This document shows, one piece after another, positions 1 to 11,779 of a DNA stretch of 64,000 nt (its first letter is position 1; every line of letters starts with the position of its first letter). Under the pieces are notes generated by a model. The model was given only the letters and a program-made list of their open reading frames with translations, did not search any database and was not told where the DNA came from. Location of the stretch: contig OX597814.1 of the NCBI GenBank assembly GCA_951406725.2, positions 25,172,001 to 25,236,000 of the forward strand. Direction: 5' to 3'. The stretch is from Octopus vulgaris (Eukaryota). The position numbers were made by a program, and so were the translations under genes.

Positions 1-156
1 CTTTCAGTTTCCATGTAGCAAATCCACTCACAAAGCTTTGGTTGGCCTGAGGTTATAATGAAAGACTCTTACCCATGGCACCATGCATAAGGACTGAACC
101 TAAGACCACATGATTGGGAAGCAAGCATCTTTACCACACAAATACAGCAGTGCCTA
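1..156 (-). mobile_element. tRNA-derived SINE family A, 5' part (window-truncated)
   Basis: Reverse complement of the head/body seen at 5204 and 17486 (ggttcagtcc B-box region, ccttgtgagtggatttg...gaaactgaaag). Confidence 0.85.
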
Positions 157-300
157 AATACATATATATACATACATACATACATACATACATATGTACA
201 TACATACTTACATACATACGTACATATGTACATACATACTTACATACATACACACATATATACATATACATACATTCATATACATACATTCATATACATA
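157..300. repeat. (TACA)n/(TA)n microsatellite
   Basis: Direct reading. Confidence 0.95.
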
Positions 301-465
301 TAGGCACAGGAATAGCTGTATAGTAAGAAGTTTTCATGGTTCTGGGTTCAGTCCACTGCATGGTACCTTGAACAAGTGTCATCTACTATAACCTCTGGTT
401 GACCAAAGCCTTGTGAATAGATTTGGTAGACAGAAACTGAAAGAAGCCCATTGTATATATGTGAC

Positions 466-668
466 TGTGTGTGTATTGTTGTCGATTTTTTCCTCAATCT
501 TCCCTTCCTTGGATCTTTCCTTTTCCTATGTTTCTGACGACGAGCTCTGCTCGAAATATTAAATCCTCCTTCTTTCTTTCCTTTCCTGAGCGTCCAATAA
601 CACTAAACATGTTCCACATCCTCGCGGTGTTGTGTTTTCTCTTTGTGTTTTCATGTTTGGATTAACTT
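466..668 (+). mobile_element. Short Penelope-like pseudo-LTR fragment carrying a hammerhead motif
   Basis: Homologous to the reverse complement of 38120-38290; contains the hammerhead motif at 530-564; inserted in the TA/TG tract of the SINE. Confidence 0.65.
530..564 (+). ncRNA. Minimal type I hammerhead ribozyme motif
   Basis: gttt-CTGACGA-c-gagc(tct)gctc-GAAA-tat-T-aaat: stem I gttt/aaat, canonical core, 4-bp stem II, self-complementary loop-less stem III (ATAT). Confidence 0.65.
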
Positions 669-2148
669 TATATATATATATATATATACACACACACATG
701 TGTATGTATTTGTGTGTCTGTGGTTGTCCACCCCCACCATCACTTGACAACCGATGCTGGTGTGTTTACATCCCCGTAACTTAGCAGTTCAGCAAAAGAG
801 ACCAATAGAATAAGTACTAGGCTTACAAAGAAAAAGTCCTGGGACCGATTTGTTCAACTAAAGGTGGTGCTCCAGCTTGGCCACAGTCAAATGAGTGAAA
901 CAATTAAAAGTATAAAAAGAATAAAACAAAACACGTGCATATGTGTGTACAACACAACTACACACATATATTCTGCCTCATACCTTATTATTCTTTAAAA
1001 AATGTTATATAAATTCGACATACTAAATATTTTCATACAAGCTAAATTTTATGAATATATTTATCCAATGCCTTTGTTAATATTTGCCTCCAAATTATTG
1101 ACTGTAAACATTCAACCAAAGTGATCATGTTTTACTTAAGTAACCAATCCTACATATATTTTTATTTAAACAATTCATAATGGCTACACATGAATTTTCT
1201 TCATTTGAAGGAAAGCTTTAGTTTTATATATTATATATATATATATTTGAAGTTTATTCTTTCTACGTTTTTTTTTTCCTTCTTTATTCGGCTGCAATAT
1301 TTTTTGCTGTAATGATTAAATTCAAGGTATGTTTGTCTGGGAACTGGACAAACAAGATTCTCAACTTTGAAAATGCACTTTCATTGAATTCAAACCATGT
1401 TTTTTTAAGCAAAAACAAAAAAAAACATAAATTCTTTTTTTTTTCTATTATGTCTTCCTTGTACTAATCGTTTAATGGAGTTTGCATTGAAATGATGTCC
1501 TTAATAGGGAAATAAGCATATGAAACTGGTACTTTTGCTTTTTGTTCTGATATTTATATTCTGTATCCTTGGTTTAACTTGCTTATACATGATTTTTACT
1601 TAACCATTATAATTTTGGTTTCCATATACATATGCTATGTACACAAAAATATCTGCCTAATGGATTGCTGTATACTTATTTTAGTTACTTCATTTCCTGT
1701 TCGGAGGATAAACAGTGATGTAGTCTGACACAGAATGAGTTGTGATTGGATAATATCTATGTTGGCAAACACTCATTAAAGAGACAGAATATTGAAGTGA
1801 CAGCTTACAGCTATATCTAATAAGGTGAATATGTTGTTAAACTTAATTCAATCAAGATTTATAATTTAGATGGAATGGTAATTGTACACTAAAGGGCATA
1901 GCGAAACAGCTGTATTGGTTGAAATTATGAATATTATAGACAAAGTTTTCTGGATACAGAGTTTGATTCATTACCATGTGGTGTTAGACTCCTCCTTGTT
2001 TGACACCTTGATACCCTAGGCAAGTGTTTTCTACTGCAATCTTGGGTAGACCAATGTATTTTTAGTAGAACTAATAAGTGAAACTGTACGGAGGCCCATT
2101 GTAAATACATAGATCTCTCTCTCTATATATATATATCTCTTTCTCCTT

Positions 2149-2185
<37 letters not shown>

Positions 2186-2187
<2 letters not shown>

Positions 2188-2545
2188 GGAATAGGTGTGG
2201 TTGTGTGATAAGAAGTTTGCTTCCAAATCACAAGGTTCTGGGTTCAGTCCCACTGCATGGAACCTTGAACAAGTGTCTTCTACAATAGCATCAGGCCAAC
2301 CAGTCATGTGAGTGGGCTTGGTTGATGGAAACTGAAAGAAGCTTGTGTTATATATGTATATGTGTGTATGTGTGAGTGCACATATGTGTGTGTGTGCATG
2401 TGTGTGTGTGTATATGTGAGTGTGTATGGCTTTTTGTTTGTCCCCTACCAATGCTTCACAAGTGGTGTTGGTTTGCTTACATTCCCATAACTTAGCAACT
2501 CAGCAAAAGTGACTGATAAAATAAGTTCCAGACTTAAAAAAGAAA
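2186..2545 (+). mobile_element. SINE family A (diverged)
   Basis: Head, central (TG)n and tail align to 17486-17850. Confidence 0.85.
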
Positions 2546-2904
2546 CATCACATACATTGAGGCAGATTTTTCTATGGCCAGATGCCCTTCCTGTCACTAA
2601 CCCTTACCTGCTTCCATAGAAAGTAATATTTTCCCAAAGCAAGGTTGGATATGTTTTATGGAAAATTGGAAACAAATGACCCTGGATCTGTGACAGTGAT
2701 GCTGGCTTAATATGCAAGGCTTTGGTCCAGGTTATAATAGAAGAAACTTGCCCAAGGTGTCATGTAACAAACTGGATCTCAAACAAATTTCTTAACTACA
2801 CAACCACACCTGAGCAGTATACATATATATACATACATACATATATACCTACATTATCTATCAATCTGGTTATATATATATGATATATATGTGTGTATAT
2901 ATAC

Positions 2905-3050
2905 AACTTTCTTTCACTCTTTCTTCTGTTGGCCTGCTCGCTTAGCCAGCGGGGTGGTGTCATTTGAAGGCTAAAACAATGCTAAGTGCATTGTGACCAG
3001 TGATGTTTAGCAACATCTGATAGCCTGGTCGGTCACGGTGATCACGGTGA
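2905..3050 (+). mobile_element. 5'-truncated SINE family D (tail ...ggtcggtcacggtga) in a TA tract
   Basis: Aligns with the body and tail of 60207-60508. Confidence 0.8.
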
Positions 3051-3202
3051 TATATATATATATAGATCAATAAATGGTGGGGTTGTGTTGACCGCACGTG
3101 GAGAAATGATAAGCAATGAAAAATTGTAGAAATGTAGAATGCTCGATTGAAAGAAAATTTTAATGAATTGAGAAAATGAAAAAAAATATATAAATATATA
3201 TT

Positions 3203-3244
3203 TATTCAAACCGGTTTTCGTCATAGTTTGACTTATCAAGAATA
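3203..3244 (-). ncRNA. Type I hammerhead ribozyme motif, U3-A8 variant
   Basis: Exact reverse complement of 4131-4172. Confidence 0.7.
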
Positions 3245-4130
3245 GTTAGGTGAAAAGGTTTTTAAAAATGAGAAAGGGGAAAAAAAGTTGCATTGTTTTT
3301 TGCAAAAGAATAATAGTAGAAAATATGTATAAAAATTAAAAAATAAGTACTCCGATACATTGTGAGTTCGTTGTGTATCTTGAGTTTAATGATTGTTCAT
3401 GAAAAAATTACCTTGAGGTATTAGGATCCAATGGGATTAAGGCCATGTGTTGTTTGGTTTAATTTAGGATGTTGGCAAAACAGGAAGTAGTAGTAATTGT
3501 GGTTCTTCAGTTCCTGTGTTGTGAATAAGGGGAGACAACTCTTTTGAGTTCTTCAATACAAGCTGCTAATAGACCCCAAATTATAAAATTGTCATTTTAG
3601 CTTCATTTGCATTATCTTTTTTATATAATTGTTTGTTAATTTAACTTTCAGATTTTAACACTTTATTTATATTATTTTCTAATTATATAAATTTGCATAG
3701 ACAATTGCATTTCAGATTGTTATATCATAAATAATAAAGATGATGGTAATAACAACAATAGTAAAAATGATATTTAAAGAGTATAAGTTTTTGCTTGAAG
3801 TGATGAATCTATGGTATCCTTATATATTTGTGTGAGTCCATCCATGAAGAATGAGGTAGAAAAGGGAAGTTTGATCAACGAGGAGTTTGTATATTAAGTT
3901 GTGTTTGGAATTTTTCAATAAAGAGATTCTCCTTGTTAATTCTCTCCTGTGTGGTGATGCCGTAATTTTTTCATGAACAATCATTAAACTCAAGATACAC
4001 AACGAACTCACAATGTATCGGAGTACTTATTTTTTAATTTTTATACATATTTTCTACTATTATTCTTTTGCAAAAAACAATGCAACTTTTTTTTCCCCTT
4101 TCTCATTTTTAAAAAACCTTTTCACCTAAC

Positions 4131-4172
4131 TATTCTTGATAAGTCAAACTATGACGAAAACCGGTTTGAATA
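4131..4172 (+). ncRNA. Type I hammerhead ribozyme motif, U3-A8 variant
   Basis: tattc-TTGATAA-gtca(aacta)tgac-GAAA-accggt-T-T-gaata: 5-bp stem I, 4-bp stem II, palindromic AACCGGTT stem III. Confidence 0.7.
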
Positions 4173-4289
4173 AATATATATTTATATATTTTTTCATTTT
4201 CTCAATTCATTAAAATTTTCTTTCAACCGAGCATTCTGCATTTCTACAATTTTTCATTGCTTATATATATATATATATATAGTTGGAAT

Positions 4290-4800
4290 TTACAAAAAAA
4301 CAAAAGATGAAGACAGGTGTGGCTATAGCGAAATACACTTTCATAAATTTGGTATAGTGGAATCAAATCCAGAAGAACATAGTTATGGAGCAAACTTTTT
4401 AAAGGCACAGCCATTCCTACTTGTGTGACATTAAACATAGATTATTCATTGATTAAGCATTCAAACTTTCATGTTCAGTTATTTCATGCTTTGCAAGAAA
4501 CAGAAAAATATTTAAAAAACTATTTGAACATAGCTCTAAAATAGAAATGACCATTGACTGGCATTGTGTTATACTAGATCCATATTATTCTAAACAATAG
4601 TGAACAAGAATGTTGGACATAATAGTTTCCGTCTTTCTAAAACATTTGTATCAAAGACAGTGAAATAGCTCTGAAAAATTTCCAAATAATATCCACCCTT
4701 TGGCAATTTTCCAGTCTTATCTTGTTAGACTAGATCATTGCAGCTGCACACCAACTCCAAACATGCAGAAACAAATTAGAAGCCCAGCTTTTCAGTATAA
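4290..4800 (+). pseudogene. Heavily decayed PLE-type reverse transcriptase remnant
   Basis: TGVAIAK... resembles the GxAMG RT motif, with downstream weak similarity; many stops. Confidence 0.3.
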
Positions 4801-5203
4801 TAACTAATGCATAAAACACTTTCATATGATTGCACATATAGCCGTGGTTAAGGTCACATCACAACCACATGATGAAAGGTTCAATACCAGTCCTTAGAAT
4901 TCTTAAGTAAACCAATACTGTGTAAATTGAATTAGGTTGATAAAAACTATGCAGAAGTCAGTTTTTATGTTCATATATATGTCGGTTGGGTAAATGTTTT
5001 GTTGATGTATATTGATAATTGGCATAAACAAAAGACAAAGAAATTTATGCTTTATGAATGAAATCCCGTGAAATATTTGTTCTGCATCGAGCTAAAGACA
5101 CTCCATTGTAACACTCACCAATGATTGTTCCATTAAAAACTTGTAATCAATGATACTATCATACATCACTTGATATATGGAAAATGATTATAATAAATAG
5201 TCA

Positions 5204-5610
5204 TAGGCACAGGAGTGGCTGTGTCGTAAGTAGCTTGCTTATGAACCAGATGGTTTCGAGTTCATTCCCACTACATGGCACCTTGGGCAGGTGTTTTCTA
5301 CTATAGCCTCGGGCCGACCAAAGCCTTGTGAGTGGATTTGGTAGATGGAAACTGAAAGAAGCCCGTCGTATATATGTATATATATGTGTGTGTGTGTGTA
5401 TTTATGTGTTTGTGTTTGTACCCCCAACATCGCTTGACAACCAATGCCGGTGTGTTTATGTCCCCGTAACTTAGCAGTTCGGCAAAAGAGACCAATAGAA
5501 TAAGTACTAGGCTTGCAAAGAATAAGTCCTAGGGTCAATTTGCTCGACTAAAGCAGTGCTCCAGTATGGCCACAATCAAATGACTGAAACAAGTAAAAGA
5601 GTAAAAGAGT
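5204..5610 (+). mobile_element. SINE family A, full length
   Basis: tRNA-like head (gtggctgtgtcgtaag ... gagttcattccc), central (TG)n, 3' tail tgactgaaacaagtaaaagagtaaaaga. Confidence 0.9.
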
Positions 5611-7074
5611 CAAATGAGCCTCTACAAGATCATTTGGTCTGCTAGAATTAACAACCAAATTTCCCTCAAATTATTTCCCGCCATTTTAAATAAATAATTA
5701 ATACAGTAGACAATGTTGTAATATAGTAAAAATGAATCATAGATGAATATTATTGGTCATTAATCTACTCAGCTGAGTTAATCTAAAGTTGAGCAACAAC
5801 AACTACCATAACTCTTAGAAGTAACTCTAAAGAATACTTAATTTGTGCTATGTATTATATACAACTTCGTTCCTTACAAGTTAATGGTTAACAAATACCA
5901 GAAGATATTCCACCTGCAATTGTGTCAACCTACCACTCTGGACTGGTACTACATTCATTGACCCTTCAATGAAGAAAAGCAAAAGTTGGTCTTGGTGGTA
6001 TTTGAATACAGAGCACAGAAAACCACAACAAATCTTGCAAGGCAAATGCTATAACAACTAACAATTTATTGCTTTATAAAGCACCATACTTAAAACAGAA
6101 ACATCTTCATTTCAATTATATCTGAAATAGTTTCACCATTTATAAATTAACCAATAAAACTTGGTATACATTCTGTCTTAAGCACAATTATTTGTTACTA
6201 TTTACCTTTCTACTTGTGACATCATTGATGTTCAAATTGATTGAATTCTCTTGATTATATCCTCCTCGTGTAGATAAGGAAATAGTCAATACTTACCTAA
6301 GTTGAGTGATAATATAGATTTACAGCAATCACTTAAAAAATTTATGTGAAAAGTGATTTGTAAATGTTGATACGTGAAATCTTTATTGAGACTGCTACAA
6401 AGATGGTTTTGTTTTATATTCTTTATCTTATTAGAAAATGAGGGGAAACTCCACGAACTTCGAAGGAAGACATTTCAAGGAAATCGATGTTATTAGTGTT
6501 GATAGAGAAAAAGTGAATGGGGTGAAAATAGATGAAACTGATGTTTGCAAGGAAAAAATATAAGCAGGAAGACAATTTTAAAGGGCTACAGTCCTGGAGA
6601 ATAATAATTTGGTAAAGTGTTTAAGTACAGGGTTCAGGCAATGATACATGGTAGGAATTATGCATACTGTTGTTATTGCTCTAGATTTCAGGTCACTTTT
6701 CACTGAATAGACCTAGTTAGATGGTATATATACTTTTTTCTGTGCTTGCTTTGTTTGGTTTATGGTGGATGGTTTATGAGAAAACGTTTGATTAAGTTAT
6801 TGTCTTAGAATGTATGATAAGATTTTTATTAATGCAATGTGACTATTACTGTTGCTGCTGCTGCTGATAATTATGTTACATACTTTAGTTTTGTTTGTTG
6901 TTTATTTTGGATATTTGTTTGCCACCTTTAATCTTTTCTATGTTTAGTGAATTTGTTATTTTTTGAGATACTGAAAGTAGGGTTGATAGATTGTTAGTAA
7001 GCAGGGTTAGAGAAAAAGTTCTTTACAAAAATGGTGCATAACTAAATCTTTATGCAGATTAACATAAACCCTAG

Positions 7075-7272
7075 ATTTTGGAACAAGGTCAGAATGTTTC
7101 CGGGGGAGGCTGTAAGTTGATTATACTTACTCCAGTATTTATTTTATCAACCCTAGAAGGATGAAAGGCAAAGCTGACCTTGGCAGAATTTGAACTCAGA
7201 ACATAAACACAGACAAAATGCCAGTAAGCATTTTGCCCAGTATGCTAACAATTTTGCCAACTCACCACCTTA
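7075..7272 (-). mobile_element. SINE family B (gttcaaattc B-box; ctttgcctttcatcc core)
   Basis: Reverse complement of 47485-47695. Confidence 0.8.
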
Positions 7273-8214
7273 ACATAAATCCTATTATTGAAAGAAAGAT
7301 TAAATAGTTTAGAATGCATCACAATGACAGTACCCATATATTTTTCTTTTAATTAATAACAGGATTTAATTGTTAAATATTATTTATCACCTTTAAACAG
7401 GCTGAGTAAAGCACTGTGTGCTTGCAGAAATATTGAGGATTCAATGGTCTGAAGTTGACTTATTGCATGTCTTTTTATACGCCAAAACAGCAAAGGAAAA
7501 GAGAAGGAAATACTTTAAACACTATATCAAAGCAAAGTGGCTCATTAGTTAAGTATATAAGTAAACGTTTAGTAAGTTACTCCAAATGTTCCAGTCCACT
7601 TAAGTCAAAAGTTGGTACTAGTTCTAATTTTCTATCAAATATATTTTCCTAGAATATCTGATACAACTAGAATTTCTCTAATACTACGTTTTCAATGTTC
7701 AAAGTGGAAGGCTGATGCAACTAAAATGTAAAGAACTGGAACATAAAATTGAAAAGATAAAATAATAGAAGAAACTAATGTAATGTGATTTTCAATTCAA
7801 TTTATTATAAAACTACTTTATAAAATGGCATTGTTTTAATTTGAGAAATTTTTTCCAGATAAAGCAGTAAAGTTGTTTAAATCTTTTTATGCTATTGAAT
7901 ACAAGCTGTGATTATTTTTGATTTTGGAAACATATTCCTAGAAAAATAAAATAAAAGTTGTATTTTTGAATATTTTCAAAATATTTTACTCTTAAAATGT
8001 AATCAAATTATAAAATACAGCTACAAAAAGTCAGTTTAAAATAACAAAATAATTTGTGACTTCAGGTAGAGCATTTTCTTCCTCTAGGCATATTATTTCT
8101 TGTTACATGAATATTCATAATCAACTTTTATATATTCTGTATGTTTCCCTTTAAACAATTCGCTGTTGATAATTTAAAACAAAATAAAATCAAAATAATT
8201 ATTTCCTCCTAGAA

Positions 8215-8350
8215 GTAAGCATGGCTGTTTGGTGACAAAGTTTGTTTCATGACCACTTGGTTTCAGGTTCAGTTCCATTGCCTCACACCTTAGGCAAGTG
8301 TTTTCTGCTATAGACCCAAGACATTCAGAACCTTGTAAGTAGATTTGGTG
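8215..8350 (+). mobile_element. SINE family A head fragment
   Basis: ggttcagttcc...cttaggcaagtgttttctgctatag...gatttggtgg. Confidence 0.7.
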
Positions 8351-8354
8351 GCAT

Positions 8355-8640
8355 ATATACAGCCACGAAACACGTGTCATTATTCTACCAATTATATACG
8401 TTTTTATTATTTTTTTTTTGCAATTTACTTAATCATTGACATTTTAGTGTTATTTTATTTTAATATTTCTATTATATGTAATTTTCTAGATGGTGTAATT
8501 TGATTGTTCATTTTGAATTGATAAAAAGTGGTTTTTTTCTAATTTTTTATATATATATTATATTGTGTGAAATTTAATTTAGTATATGTAAATTGAATTT
8601 TTCCCTGTAAGTTTGGATTTATATTCCCTCAAATGATAAT
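8355..8640 (+). mobile_element. PLE pseudo-LTR fragment with the 3' half of a hammerhead
   Basis: GAAA-cacgtg-TC at ~8367-8378 (palindromic stem III); the CUGANGA half is absent. Confidence 0.4.
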
Positions 8641-8650
8641 TATATATATA

Positions 8651-9206
8651 TCCATCGATGGAGTAGTTTCTCCATGGCGCAAGCCTGGGCGGTAGGAACG
8701 AAGACACTGGGCTGCCCAGACACCAGAATCTCCCTCTCGGCCCCCCAGACATAATCCAAAGGAATGCAGTGCAGTACGTTTGGAGTCTGGTTGGCTGCAG
8801 GAGTTGCCGGAAAAGGGTCGAGATTCGACACCCTACCGCCTTCGGGGCTCCACTCCGGATTTTCTGTCTGGGTTTACTCCCATAGCCTTTCCCTCTCCCA
8901 AGAGCATCCGCAAGGCAGCGGAGCGAAGGTTTGGAGTCAGAGTTTTCCTTCTCCTAGACTGGCTGCCAACCAAGGCTAACGAGCCCAGTCTGCCCACCTG
9001 GTTATACTGCCAAGTACCCGGTCGCGCCAAACAGCAGGCTCAGTGAGAACAGGGTGTACCGCGTGAAGGTGCTGCTGTGGACACAGTAGTGCAGGAGAGG
9101 CCATAAGCAAGAACTTTCCACAAGGCGCAGCCAAGTAGAAGTTCTGCAGCGATCATTACACCTGGAGAGGAGAGGCTATGAGAGACGCAATCACTTTCCT
9201 TTGCCC

Positions 9207-9209
<3 letters not shown>
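8651..9209 (-). mobile_element. Non-autonomous RTE-LINE 5'UTR-derived element in (TA)n
   Basis: GC- and CpG-rich island. Minus strand has gggcagactgggctcgttagcc...ctaggagaaggaaaactctga and ggagtaaaccc...aaatccggagtggagcccc, motifs recalled from RTE/BovB-clade 5'UTRs. No ORF; flanked by TA runs on both sides. Confidence 0.6.
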
Positions 9210-9246
<37 letters not shown>

Positions 9247-9289
9247 ATCTAAAAGTATATATGTGTGCATGTGTAGAGGCATCTGTGTG

Positions 9290-9572
9290 TGTCATTGTCA
9301 GGACATAATCTAATAGTTGTAAGCGAGCATCACTGTCATATAAATGGTGTACTTGATGTTCAATCTTCTGTGAAGCATATCCAGCAATATGAAAATATCA
9401 TTTTATCTGGAAACAGGTGAAAGTTAGCAATATGAAGGGCATCCAGCTGCAGAAAATCTGTCTTAATGAAATTCCTCAGACTCATGTGAGTATGGAAAAG
9501 GGATGTTAAAATAATGACATAGATAATGATGATGATGACAATGATGATGATGATGATGATGATGTTGATGAT
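9290..9572 (+). mobile_element. Short retroposon family E (gaagggcatccagctg core, (GAT)n tail)
   Basis: Shares core and tail with 62068-62212 and 30345-30705. Confidence 0.65.
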
Positions 9573-10586
9573 GTAATTAGAATATTCCCTAAATAGTCAT
9601 TAAAAGTTATCCTGTTATCAAACTGTATTAAAAGTCTAATTTGTAAAAACTCAAGAGATATTTCTAGCCTAACAACTCTTCACATTATCTAGCTCTGATT
9701 TAAATGGTGTCACCTCCCTTGAGATAAAATTGTTTATATCCTGTCACAGTTTCTATTTCAACCTTAGTTGGAAATAAACACTGTAAGTACAATGTGCAAA
9801 TAAACATCACTTTGATAAAGAGTAGGAATGATCTAGCACCTTGCTTTCTTGTTATGCTGAGACAAAAGAAGCATTCTATATTTGTTATGTTGCTGAGCAG
9901 AAGTTCATTTTGCCAGGATGAGCTCAACTAAAGCAGCTATTATCTATAATTAGTGAACAGAATTTCATTTTATATCTTCTTTTGAGCTTCAGTTCAGAAT
10001 TCTATAATTAGTTTTTTATTACCTAATTAAAATTTGCTTTTACATGGCATGTTTTGGCAGACTGGGCAGTACTGTTGACCTTCTCACATCCTCCAAGAGC
10101 AGTGAGATTGATGTGGGTGATATACTTTTGAGAAAATGCATATTGTAGAAAAGAGAAAGAATCGGCAGGGTTATCAGATAATATAATATCTGATGCAATT
10201 CTTTGCTTGTTACTGAGGCATAGTGATGTGAGAGAGATACTAAGGCAGCTACATAATTATTAATGAAAGTGAAAGAAAAATTGGGAAACAGAGAAAGAGA
10301 AAAAAGAGAGTAGGTGGTATCAGATACTATCATATCTGGTGCAATGCTATCTATTGTTACTGAAGCCTAATACTTGGAGGCTAAGACTTGTGATGAGATA
10401 AATGTAGTGGTATAGGTGTATTCAGACAGATAGATTTAATGTTTTATTTTATTTCATGATACAGTGAATATGGGAATGGATAACAAAAAGATGAGAGAGT
10501 ACTTCGTACTTAAAAGGGACAGAAAATTGAGACATAGTAGGTACAAATAGGGGAAAGATCCAGATTTATGAGTATATATATATATA

Positions 10587-11040
10587 CTAGCAGTATAGCC
10601 CGGCATTGCCTGGAATTAAGTTAGGATTATTAAGCTAATCAAGCACTTTGTTTCAAACCAAACTAAGTAACACCGACGTCAAATTTTAGCAAAATCCATT
10701 GAAATTGGTAAATGTTTGGCTGAAAATGGGTTGCAGACATAAGGAATTGGTTTATCGATTTTTCCACTCATCTTTTTTTTTTTTGAGAATTTAAAGCATT
10801 CCAAGATCTCATGGGTCCTAAGTAATGCCAGCATCAAGTTTGAACAAAATACATCAAAATTGGGAAAAGTTATGGTTGAAAATGGGGTGTAGCTAACTTT
10901 AGTGAGAAATCCTATAAGGAATTGGTTTACTGATTTTTCTTCCTGATTGAATGGAAACCCCCATAAGGAATCAGTTTATTGATTTTTCACCCCAAATAGG
11001 ACTTAACCGAACACAACATTGCTGATTCAAAAAATCTATA
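10587..11040 (-). mobile_element. Non-autonomous Helitron-type element, 3' end
   Basis: Minus strand ends ccaggcaatgccgggctatactgCTAG|T (subterminal hairpin plus CTAG), same end as 39575-39954; internal repeats ataaggaattggtttatcgatttt occur three times. Confidence 0.65.
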
Positions 11041-11779
11041 TTTATACTTTAAAGTTGGTTTTCAAACCCAACCCAGTTCTGCAGAATCAGTGTTGTGATG
11101 GGAACACATGGGTTGAGAGTTTGACTGGCAGAGGTGATCAGATTGCACATGCTGGCCCTTTCGAAACCAGTACCCCATCATCTAACCTCCCTTAGCCCAT
11201 AGGTAGGGAACCCTTCCAGCAAGGAAAATAGAATGCCCAAAAGGGCTCCCGATCCTCTATGTCAAAAGAGGTTATGTTTGGATCACAACTAAGCCTAAGC
11301 TAACCTAGTGAAAGAGGGCTCAGGAGCCTCTGAAAGGCAGCAACTAATCCCGATCTTGACCTAACCACTCCTAGGAGTACTATCGGTCAAAGCTGCATCG
11401 AAGGTTGCCTCAGAGAAGGATATGTAATGGTTTGTTGGTTTAATGTTGCTATTTTTATCTCTAATTATACAGTTTTGGTGTTCGTTGTCAGCATTCCTAC
11501 GTTTATTAATATTAGTGTGGTTAGGAAGGTGGAAATTACTAAAATTTATTCTATTCTTTTCGTTAGTAAACTTTTGGTTGTGGTTCTCTTATTGGTTGTT
11601 TTTTTTAGTATAGTTATTGTAGTGAAGATTGTCATGTTTTTGCTGATGTTATGTTTATGATTTTTATTGAGAGTTTTTGTTATACATTTATTGGGGTTTA
11701 GTATTTCATCAGGTGACTTGGGTTCACTAATATTATCTACGTTATTCGTTTCAAGATAATGTTTGATATGATTAGTATT

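Larger units (their letters stand above)
301..925 (+). mobile_element. SINE family A, interrupted by a PLE-derived insert at ~466-668
   Basis: Head taggcacagg...gggttcagtccactgc; tail cttgacaaccgatgctggtgtgtttac...gactaaagg...tgaaacaa-like, matching 5204-5610. Confidence 0.85.
3062..4264 (-). mobile_element. 5'-truncated Penelope-like element with inverted pseudo-LTR
   Basis: Inverted arms at 3109-3411 and 3962-4264 are near-identical. Minus strand 3886-3958 reads ITTQERINKENLFIEKFQTQLN, resembling the PLE GIY-YIG C-terminus (RxxKExxFIxKFxPxLN). Each arm carries a hammerhead; TA tracts flank the element. Confidence 0.75.
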
